Positions 1-11,100 of a DNA stretch of 64,000 nucleotides are shown here, piece after piece (position 1 is the first letter of the stretch; each line of letters begins with the position of its first letter). The notes under the pieces are model-generated. The model was not told the origin of the DNA. It saw only the letters and a list, made by a program, of their open reading frames with translations, and ran no database searches. This DNA is from Camelus dromedarius (lineage: Eukaryota): NCBI RefSeq assembly GCF_036321535.1, contig NC_087436.1:97218001-97282000 (forward strand). Direction: 5' to 3'. The translations under genes were made by a program, and so were the position numbers.

Positions 1-470
1 TATCAAGTATTCTTATGTAAGTATAATTAGAATCCCAAAGTGAGAGAAGAGAAAGATGGAGTAAAAAAGAAAAAAAATTTAAAGAAATGTGGCCATTTTC
101 TTAACTTGATAAAAAAAACTATAAATTCACGCACATATACTAAGATCAACATACCTCAAGCATGATAAAGACAGTCTACATCAAGGCACATCATAATCAA
201 ATTCCTGAAAACCAGTGTGAGGAGGGAAAAAAAAGTACCAGGGGAAAAAAGACATTAAAATAGGGGACAAAGAAGAGAATGTCTTGTCAGAAGTAGTGCA
301 AGACAGAAGATAGTTTAATGAAATCTTTTAATGTGCCAAGGGGGAGGAAGGGACAAAAAAAATAAATAAACAAAACAACAGCTATTAGCCTAAAATACCT
401 TATTAAGCAAAAATATCTTCTAGAAGTGAAAGTAAAATAAAGTATTTTTTTGTCCAGACAAATGCTGACT
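1..470 (+). mobile_element. Old, degenerate L1 fragment (ORF1 region), approximate limits
   Basis: A-rich, with L1 ORF1-like motifs 'cacatcataatcaaattcctgaaaacc', 'gcaagacagaaga..gaaatctttta' and 'gcaaaaatatcttc..gaaagtaaaataaag'. Confidence 0.65.
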
Positions 471-2333
471 TATAATACAAGACTCAGTGTTTTTATTTTT
501 GTATGACTGCCTAGGATATTATGTATTTTAGTCATATTTTGGGAGTGTGGTGTTTGTTTTCTAGTCGTGTTTAAAATGTTCTTCATATAGGTGAATTTAT
601 TTTTATACAGCCAGATTTATAGATACTATCATTTGTTCTGATTCTTATCAATAGACTAGGCTCAAATACGATAGTGTCTACTTTGTGGTTATTATATTGC
701 AATTTTGAGAAAATTGTTTTTGTTAGTTTTGGGACTTGGTTTCTAGGTCTTATTGAGCCGTCTTGATTCATTATAGGATATAGGGATATTTCTTCATAGG
801 GCTTTGGAGTCCCCTTCCCCTTTAAAATTTATGCTGGGGGATTGGACAGTTAAGAAAATATATTTATCTATAATTAGAGTTCTTCAAAATAACTTTCGAG
901 ATTTTCAAGATGTAAGTTCATATTTCTTTGGAATCCTTATCCTGAAATGTAAAATCATTGTTTGCTAACACTTGAAATCACCAAGTTGGCCAGCATTCGT
1001 GTTGAAAATCTCCTTTAAAGCTTTCTGCAGTGTGCGCAGAGTTTAGATGGCTCCGGAGAGGAAAGCTGTTGAGCTGAAGCTACTGAATGTCAGACGTCTG
1101 CTGCACTCGGTGATGTATTTTAGGATTCAGTCTTTGACAAGTTGACTCAGGAGTTAACTTGTCATTACTCATTCTACCCTTCACTGGTTCACAAGGAGGC
1201 AGCTAAACTTGTCATCACAGGATTTCTTCTGACTAGAAAGAAAATTTGAAGTTTAAAACATTTACAGTTAATGGCAGAATTATACAGGTAATGTAGGAGG
1301 GCTGCTGCCTTTTGGGTTTCCTTTACTGCTTTCTCAAATCCTCATTGTAGTTGTCTGTTTATAAGCAAACCTTTTCAATGATTTTATGTTGTATTTAGAG
1401 CTTAATTATCAGATAAACAAACTAAGGCTCAAAAAATGATACAATTTTCTCTTTACCTAAACTCCTGAATTTAGCAAGTGGTAATTTTGTTTAGGTCTAC
1501 GTGAAGTAGGGGCTTGATATTTCTCAGGGAAATTACCTGAGTTATATAGTTTCATTTAGACAAATAAACCCAGCAGTAAAATGTTTTTGAGTTAAAGATG
1601 ATGTAAGATAAGTGAAAATGCTTAAAAGACATGACAGGAGTATTAGAGCAAGTGTCAGAAATCTTCAAAAAGAAAATTACAAAACTGGAGGTCAGGGCTG
1701 CAGTGGTGGTGTGGAAAATAAAATCCACAGATAAAGATGTGCAGAAGCCAGAGATGAGGATTAGGGGCACCGGTGTCAGTGAAGGAGGAGTCGTCACAGC
1801 GGGTTCAGAACGTGTTAGAAGTGAGTGGAGTGTGGTGCCAGCAGCTTTATCTTCTTAGAGGAGCATCTCTTCTTCTTCAAGAAAAGAAACCAAAGGAAAG
1901 AGAGGAGCACTTTTATTTTCTTTTAAATCAGGGCCAATGAATTATTAGGAATGTGAAAGATGACCCCCTCCCCTCCCCTCCCCCTGCAAAAACAATCCAG
2001 AGTTCATACAACTCATTCCTTTCTCTTTGGGTTGAATCCAAAGTAGCTGTTCCACAGTCTGAAATTAAAATTAAATAGTTTTACTTCGCTGTAAATATAC
2101 TTAAATACATCAGCGATTACTTTGTGTTTCAAATCGACTCCTGTCGATGTGATAGAACTTTGAAACTATTATATACCCGCTAAATACCTGGCACTATGCT
2201 AAAGTCTGTTGGTACTGAGGTGCTTTCTTTGTTTGCACAAAGTTTGGGGTGTAGCAGCTTAAACATCCACACAGGTACAGTAGTTGCTATGATGGACAGT
2301 AGAGTGGATATTCTGCATTAAGAAGGGACACTT

Positions 2334-3401
2334 TTTTTTTGCTTTCATCACTTTTTTTTTAACATTTTTTATTGAGTTATAGTCATTTTACAATGTTGTG
2401 TCAAATTCCAGTGTAGAGCACAATTTTTCAGTTATACATGAACATGTATATATTCATTGTCACATTTTTTTATCTGTGAGCTACCATAAGATCTTTATAT
2501 TTCCCTGTGCTATACAGTCTAATCTTGTTTATCTATTCTACAATTTTGAAATCCCAGTCTATCTCTTCCCACCCCCCACCCCCTTGGCAACCACAAGTTT
2601 ATATTCTATGTCTGTGAGTCTATTTCTGTTTTGTATTTATACTTTTTTTTTTTTTTTAGATTCCACATATGAGCAATCTCATATGGTATTTTTCTCTCTC
2701 TTTCTGTCTTACTTCACTTAGAATGACATTCTCCAGGAACATCCATGTTGCTGCAAATGGCGTTATGTTGTTGGGTTTTATGGCTGAATAGTATTCCATT
2801 GTATAAGTATACCGCCTCTTCTTTATCCAGTCATCTGTTGATGGACATTTAGGCTGTCTCCATGTCTTCGCTATTGTAAATAGTGCTGCTATGAACATTG
2901 GAGTGCAGGTGTCTTTTTGAAGTAGGGTTCCTTCTAGATATATGCCCAGGAGCAGGATTACTAGGTCATATGGTAAGTCTATTCCTAGTCTTTTGAGGAA
3001 TCTCCAAACTGTTTTCCACAGTGGCTGCTCCAAACTGCATTCCCACCAGCAGTGTAGGAGGGTTCCCCTTTCTCCACAGCCTCTCCAGTATTTGTCATTT
3101 GTGGATTTTTGAATGATGGCCATTCTGACTGGTGTGAGGTGATACCTCATTGTAGTTTTGATTTGCATTTCTCTGATAATTAGTGATATTGAGCATTTTA
3201 TCATGTGTCTATTGATCATTTGTATGTCTTCCTTGGAGAATTGCTTGTTTAGGTCTTTTGCCCATTTTTGGATTGGGTTGTTTGTTTCTTTCTTGTTAAG
3301 TCATATGAGCTGCTTATATATTCTGGAGATCAGGCCTTTGTCGGTTTCATCATTTGCAAAAATTTTCTCCCATTCCATAGGTTATCGTTTTGTTTTACTT
3401 A
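2334..3401 (-). mobile_element. 5'-truncated, relatively young L1 (ORF2 C-terminus + 3'UTR + poly-A) with 15-bp TSD
   Basis: ORF 2656-3219(-) is L1 ORF2 C-terminus ([26 protein letters not shown]). TSD taagaagggacactt (2319-2333) / taagaaggggcactt (3402-3416). Poly-T at the left end. Confidence 0.93.
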
Positions 3402-3558
3402 TAAGAAGGGGCACTTATTACACAGTAAGCTTGGGAGGAAGGGAGGGAGATGGGAATGGAGTGTCAGGGAGGGTTACCTGGAATACACCAATGGGGAGGA
3501 GTTGAAGTAACCAGCCAAAGGGCAGGAGATATTTGTTGTAAGGACAAGAATATGTGAA

Positions 3559-3650
3559 TTTCTTTCTTTCTTTCTTTCTTCCTTTCTTCCTTTCTTCCTT
3601 CCTTTCTTTCTTCCTTTCTTCCTTTCTTCCTTCCTTTCTTTCTTTCTTTC
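3559..3650. repeat. (CTTT/CTTC)n microsatellite
   Basis: Direct reading; it also produces the spurious K/R/E-rich ORF 3474-3698. Confidence 0.95.
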
Positions 3651-3654
3651 AGTA

Positions 3655-4110
3655 TAAAGGAATGGCAGAGTTGGAGGAGAAGGTATGGGCCAGATCATAA
3701 AGTTCTTTTAATCTTGAAAACTCCAGAGTTGCTGCAGAAGGACAGTGATCAGGAAGTGATACCATTAGCTTTGCATTTTAGAAAGACCATTCCAGCAGTC
3801 TTGAGCAGTAGGGACTAGAGAGGTGGAGAACTGGGAAAGAAATTTTGTTTGGAGCGGCTTTAGTGACCTCAATGAGCAATAGAAATACATGAAATAAGGC
3901 AGTTTTGGGACAAAGAGTGGGCAGAGCAAGTATGTCAGGGAATGGGAATCAATGGAATGTCGTGATTGAGTTCATGGGGCAATGATGGGGTGGGGGGCAA
4001 TCCACACACTAATCCTAGATTTCTGGTGTGATAAGTGCAGGAAGTAGGACCAGTTTGGTAGGAGGAGGAACAAAGATTTGACATGCTTGTGACACATTAA
4101 GGTGAAGCTG
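3655..4110 (-). mobile_element. L2 fragment, approximate limits
   Basis: Purine-rich, with L2-like motifs 'gggccagatcat' and 'tttgcattttagaaagaccattcca'. Confidence 0.55.
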
Positions 4111-4179
4111 TCTGAAAAGTCACATTAACTAGTATTATGGTTTATTAGTTACCAATATTTTATTTATTGAGTGCTGAGG

Positions 4180-4325
4180 TAAGTACTGTTATTATCTTAA
4201 ATTTGCCAGTGATGAAACTGAGAACCAAAGAAGGGTGATAACTTGTCCAAGGTCATAAAGGAAGTGAGTGCAGAGCTAAAACTTGAGTTCTGGAATTGAC
4301 TGGATTTCCACTCTCTTAGCTGCTT
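4180..4325 (-). mobile_element. MIR SINE
   Basis: MIR core 'gatgaaactgag...taacttgtccaaggtca'. Confidence 0.75.
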
Positions 4326-4978
4326 TGTGCTCTTGCTCTTCAATCCCTTGGAGATCTGATCTGTGAGACACTTATCTCCTGGAGACAGGGACTTGGGAGT
4401 TACCAGCTTAGATACAGGGGACGAAACCACTGACCTGGACCTGGAGAGTCTTTGGAAGTTCCTGTGAGTGCACTGAGGTTACAACTTCATTTTCTTTTCA
4501 GGAAGAGGAAGTGAGCTTGGGAAGAAATTGAGAGACCAGAAAGATAGGAAAAGTCAGAAAGAATTGTGCTACATAAGCCAAATTGGGTGATAATCTTTTT
4601 CCTTTTTTTTTTTTTTTTTTTTTTTAAGAATTGAAATCATCAACAGTTCTAAAATCTTGAAAAACATAACCCCAAATATCCATTAGAAGTCACGGCGATG
4701 CTTGCCAGAACAGTTTCAGTTCAGTTATTCAGAAACAGAATAAAAAGGGGAAGACAAGTGAGACCACGAGTTGAGGGGACTTTCTGGACTCTATGGAGAG
4801 ATGTGATGGTACAAAGGAAAGAGGGATTGAGTGAGTGGAAGCTGGTGGTAGACAGAGGATTTTTCTTCTGAGGGATGAGACAAGATCACACTTAGAAGGA
4901 TTTACGGATAATTTGTGTAGAAGTAAGAATTTTTTTAGAAGCAAACTTTTAATGTGGAATGCTTTTTAAACCTTACAG

Positions 4979-5142
4979 AACATTATACATCCGCGGGCAT
5001 ACCAAGTTGGATTTCACAGTCTGGCATACTGCAATTGAAAAAGCAGCAGGTACAGATGGTCGTGCGTTACAAGATCAGCAGCTCAGCAAAAATGACGTCC
5101 CCATTATCGTGAACAGCTGTATAGCGTTTGTTACACAGTATG
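4979..5142 (+). CDS. ARAP2: ARAP2 window exon 1 (end of PH4, start of RhoGAP-like domain)
   Basis: ccttacag|A...TATG|gtaagt; 164 nt, phase 2 to 1; [54 protein letters not shown]. Confidence 0.96.
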
Positions 5143-8100
5143 GTAAGTAGCACAGAGTTCCTATTCAACCCCCAGAACTCGTAGTACCATTCGTACAGTT
5201 TTTAAGTTGTACCTCCATCGGGCTGAATGAGAGCCCTTTGTATCTGTAAACCCATCAGTGAAAAGTAAACATATAGTCACTGTTCAGCTAAATGCCATTC
5301 CTTCTCCCAGTAATGCTCATTTAAATTATATTACTTTTACCTTTTCCTTCTTTTATTTAAGTGACATATTAGAAAAATCTGTATTGTAAAATGTATATTG
5401 AAAACTGATCGGGGGTTGTACTTTACAGAGGTTACAATTCTACGGTGAAGTCTAGGGACGCTCAGTGCTGCCCGGGTGTGTTCCTAGAAGTGGTAAACCT
5501 TGGGACAATGTGTAAGAGAACTTAGTTTTGTTGGCTGGCATACAAAGTGTGTGTGTATTTATTCCATTCAATATGCTGTTGGTCACATGTTTTATGTTAA
5601 GAATCTTGGTTATTAATTGTAATAGTTTGACTTACTTGTGACAGATATTTTTATGAATAGTTTGCAGGTTAAAACCAACTTGATTCATATCTACATGGTA
5701 CAGCTTCATTTTAATTTAATATGCCGTGATAGTATTTTAGATATGCCTGAAAAGTAAAGTATGCCTTTATGGTTCATTTCTATTTTCAAATTACTATGCA
5801 CGCTTCAGATTCCTTCTGGCTGTTCCGTATTTCCTTAATACTCTAAACGGTAGGCATTTCCTAGCTATATTTTGATAAAAAAAAAAGTTTTGTCCCTTTT
5901 AAATTGTAGATAAATGCCATTAATGTAGATTGTACATGCAGAAAAAAATGAAGTGATTTATCTGATATTTTGGAAGCTATATTAACATTTCATTGTTCTC
6001 CTAATATTAAAAATATCTTTGGTTGGTTTTAATTTGAGAAGAAGGTGTAATCAGTGAGAGAGCTGTAGTAAGACATTGTGTTATGAGTTTGTTACTTATT
6101 TATTGAGCGTCTGTTGTGTGCCAGCTGCTGAACTTGGTCCTGAAAATTCAGCAGTGAGAGTGAAGGGCAAAGGATGAAGCTATAAATCATGCATTCCAGT
6201 ATGAGAACTAACAATGAACTGATGTGAAACACAACGGCAGAAAAAACAAAGCCTATAAAGAAACTAATTCTGGGAAATTACATTTAGAATACGTGTATGT
6301 TAATCTCACTTTTTTCCTAGGGAGAGTGCCCTTTTAAGTACTTCACAATTATCATTAATATTCAGATCTATCAAGTTTGACTTCTGTATCTATTGTAAAT
6401 ATGTATGTAATCACATTGTGTGGGATTGCTCTATGAAGTCCCTTCCTTTGATAGTATGTTTATATTTTTCTTATCAACTGTAATCATCTATTTGAAAATG
6501 GGGGAAGAAGAGGGTTATCATCTCCATTTGTTAGTAGTTCCATACTAGTGCACTTGCATTTTGCAGGTATAAATGAACTGCATGCATATTATGCTTTAGC
6601 AAGAGCATAACCTCATTGAGAAGTTTCACATCATGTGAGTTTCATAACGGCATAAGGTCTTTCTTAAGCTGACAAATGATTAAAATAACTTGATTAGCTC
6701 CAGTGTATCCAATTTAACGTTTCTCTAGGGAAATCAGAAGTTTCTTTGTGGTGTTTATTTGAACTTAAAATCATTAAGCATTAGATTGTTTTCAGCTAAA
6801 TTTCATACATTATAACTACTTTGTAGCTCTAGCTTAAGGTACATTAACTTGCATATTAAAGTAATAAAACCAATAAAAAAGACTATTTATTTATTTATTT
6901 ATTTATTTACTTTTTAATGAGCAAAACCTGGAGGAAAACCCCAATTTACCAGCATGTGTAGAAGGGAAGACTTGATACGAACTTAGAAAACACCCAGTGA
7001 TTATAGGATGCAGGTGGTTGGCTCAGAGCCTTTATGGTCACAATTTGAACTTCCTGATCTTTGGGTTAAAATCTAAAGGCCATTTTTTTTTGTGCACATA
7101 GTGTCAAGTTTACCATATAATTCTTAAGAGTTTCATTTTTTTTTTAATGAGTTACAGAAGTTGGTTCTTGAGGGAACTTAATTTATGTAAATAAAATTTA
7201 ATTCAAATTCACAATCATTTAACTTATGCACCAGCTATTAGAAATTCATTCAACTAGGAATATAATATCTCAGAAACTTAGTCACATATTTTTTGGTAGA
7301 ATTTACTTATTCTTATATTGTGGCCATGTATTGAGTACTTATTGGGTTCTTCTAGGCACTGTGTAGCTGCTGTATACAGAAAATAGGACATGATCTTTGC
7401 CTTCTAGGAGTTTACAGATTGTGGATCAAAGACAAACAAATGGGCCAAGAGTTACATCTTAAGTGTACATAATTCTACGGCAGAGAGGTTCAGGGGTTGA
7501 TACAGGTGTCCATGGTTTAGGGATGAATTTCCCCCAGTGTCAGGGTGGTCATGGAGGGCTTCATGGGTGAGGCATGGAACCTACCATGAGTCTCAAAAGA
7601 AACGGGGGCTAGTTAGGAGAAGGAGAGACTAGGGATTCTGGGAAGAAGAAACTGTGTGCCCAGCTGTGGAGTCATAAAGGAAGTTGCCTGTTCAGGGAAC
7701 TTTGGGTAGTTAAATGTGGCCAGAACTTAGTGTAAGAAGAGTGGATGGATACAAGAGGCAGGAGTGTTAGAATAATTTATGTAGGCTCTTATGTATCACA
7801 TTGAGATCCTCAAAACTTGCCCTCGAGGCAGTGAGAGGTCTGTATCCATATTTTACGTGAGAATTTGGGTGCACAAAATAGTCATAGCATATGAGATGGG
7901 AAAAGGGGACAGTTTTGATAAAGAAGGTGTGATGAACAATATATGTGGTGTAGTATTTTTTTAATACAGTAAGTGAGAAAGAAAGGTTCTGACTTATAAA
8001 GGACTGGGGATAAGGCAATACCATAGAAACAACATATACCATATAAATAACCATATAAATAGTGTATAAAGACCAGTTGGGATTGGGAAGTGAAGTAGTA

Positions 8101-11100
8101 AATAGGGCAGGAGTTAATTTGTCCATATGTATAAGTATTGCTTGTGTGTTGCATGTATTGTATGTAGCATATGTGTATTATAGTACATGTATGTGTTTGA
8201 AATTTTAGAAATTAAAACCTGAGTGGAAATGTACATGCAGTAGTTGAAGTGACCAAGATGGATGGGTTCATCCAGAGAGTTTTGTAGAGGAGTGGGAAAG
8301 AGAAGAGAACTGAGGATGGATTCCTGGAATCATCAATAAATACTAGATAATAGAGTAAATGGAGGACTGGAAGAGTAGTCATAGAGGAGGAGGATAAAAG
8401 ATGAGATCATAATATCATGAAAGCCTTGAGATTAACAGAATTTTAACAGGGATTCATTTAGAGTGTCAGATCCTGCAAGGGGTTCTTATTACATAAAAAC
8501 TGAAAAGCATCTAGAAAGTAGGCTGTGTTGTTGATATTCTTGATGAAGATGGTCCCAGTAGAGTGGGAACTGAGCACTGACGCCAGATAATGTGGTTAAA
8601 GTATATTATTAACAGGGATTTGAAGTGGGGGAAGGAGTAAACATAGGAAACTCAGATTAGTTTTGGAATGAAGAGAGATAAGAGAGCTGGGAGGGGCCAA
8701 GAGAGGACTTAAAATTTGGGGGGGGGGGGGTTTGTATCATCATTCCTCCAGCTAACCACTGCTACTCCTCTTATTTTGTATGAGGAGCTTGATGAATCCA
8801 TAATTTTGAAAAGGACATGACCCAGCTTTTCATCTAGGAGGAGGTGAAGGTGGGAACAGACAGAATTAATACACAAATCTGAGTGCAGAGAGTTGAGGAA
8901 ATTTATACCAGAGAGCCTCACTTTTGTCGGTGAAACTGGAGGCAAGTTTATGTTCTGGGAGTCTAAGTGAAGGCAGAGCACTTGAGGTAAAGGAACGTTT
9001 GAAAATTGTGCTATCAAGAACTGGGGGAAGGGCTGGCAAGGGCTTGCTAAAAGCTGGGGATAGGATAGTGTGTCCATTAGGTTTACATTATAAATGCTAA
9101 AGTTGGGGGGGAGCTTTTTTCTCTCATACATGTTTATATCAGGTCTTGGATAATGACTCTGTCTTGTGCATCATCCCAGTGCAAAAATTGGTTCTATTTT
9201 TAAGATATCAAAGTGGATTTTGACTTGAGCCTTTTTTTCATGTAACTTTTTTTTTTTTAAACAAAGGTTTAGGGTGCAAATATATCTATCAGAAGAATGG
9301 AGACCCTTTGCACATAAGTGAACTCCTCGAGAGTTTCAAAAAGGATGCAAGAAGCTTTAAATTGAGGGCTGGAAAACATCAGCTGGAGGATGTGACGGGC
9401 GTGTTGAAAAGTTTTCTCTCCGACATTGACGATGCGCTTCTCACCAAGGAGCTCTATCCCTACTGGATCTCTGCCTTGGGTAATACATCTGTTTACATAT
9501 GTTTATTATGTTTATCCTACAGAACAGCATAAAGGCTTGCCTTCTCATTTGATAATAGATTTTTAAAATCTCCTTTGATAATCTGAACATTTAATTGAAA
9601 GGAACAACGGACTTAGTGGCTCAGAACAGAAATTGTGCAAACATCAATAGTTGTTTCTATCTGCCTCAAAAGAAATTTACGGTGATAATTGCTTAACAGT
9701 GTTTTATGGTAATACGTTTTCTGTAGATTTCGTAGTGCTTACTTTGCCTTAACTTTGGAAGTAGTATAGTCAAGTCCACATGGGTTTTTCATTTCTCATT
9801 AAGATTAAAATGAAAAGTTTAATACAAGATTTGTTTTCCATGATTTTCCCATATGGCTCTTTGACTTTCCTTTTTCATTTATTCTACCTTTTTAGAGTTA
9901 CTCAACTTTTTTTTTTCTTTACCGTTTCTTCATTATCTCTTGATTCTGTCTAATGAAATAAAAGAAAAAGAAACTCTTCTACACTGTAAGAGAACTTATT
10001 TAAGAAATGATCCTAGGAAAGTAGTTTATTAAATCAGTTAATCAGACAAATTGATTTCAGTAAAACCTATATTTACATCAGTTAATTCAGAATAACTCCT
10101 TTTATAGAAACATTACAACAGTAAAGACTTTTAAATGGAAACGTTGCCTTAAATCCCAGATTTCTAATAGAGGTATTTTTACTTTTCAAATTATTTTATA
10201 GTCTTTGTCCCCACACCTATGATTTATGTGTAATCTTTGTTTTGTTAATAAACTGAAGACATTTCCCAAATATCAGCAATGCTTTCAACATGATGATATT
10301 AAATCTTCATTTTTTTCAATTTTTAAAATATATCATTGAATTATACCATAATTTAGTAATATATTTTTCTCTTGTACATTTAATCTGTTTTGAGATTTTT
10401 TTTTTTTTTGGAAAATGACTTTTGAATTTGACTATACGATGTTCCTCTGTTGAAAAATTGATTTTTTAATTGAAAGTATTTGTTTAATCTAAAACATAAT
10501 ATATTTTAAGGGCTTGATTTTGAGATGATGTCACAAAATATCCAGTTTGAAAAATAATCCCAAGAATGACCCTTTTCTGTGTCAGCAAAAAAGGGGAGTA
10601 TTGTTATTAAAATAAAGCTTTTCACAATTTCACTGCCTAGTTCAGAGGTCTTTTATTTGCTTCTTAATACTTACCAAATCAATAGGTTTAACTGTCATCA
10701 CAAGAAAAGTTGATTGTATAATTTTCTGGAATATAAAATGTGGAAATAGATAAAATACATCTTTGTAAGCCCAGTTACCTTGCCACCCTCATTTTTGTTT
10801 GAAGAAGTTTTTATTGTAATTTATAATCACAAAGTTATTTATAGTATCTCTATTTTACAAAGAATTAAAAATTTGTCTTTATTATAAAATCAGTTATCAA
10901 AAAATCTGTGACAAATATATGCTTGTACTGAAGTTGTCAAATTTAATGACAAAGATGTCTTTACTGTTGTCAGTCTACCGGGGGAGGCAGTTGGGAAATG
11001 TTAGCATATGTCAGAGAGGAATGTGTTTCACCTTTCGTTGGGATGTGAATCCTTGAGAATTTACTTGGAGAAGGATTTGAATATTGGGTCAAAGTGTTAA

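Noticed and set aside
8718..8730. G13 run as a possible G-quadruplex
   Set aside because: Isolated homopolymer within L2-like sequence, with no supporting context.
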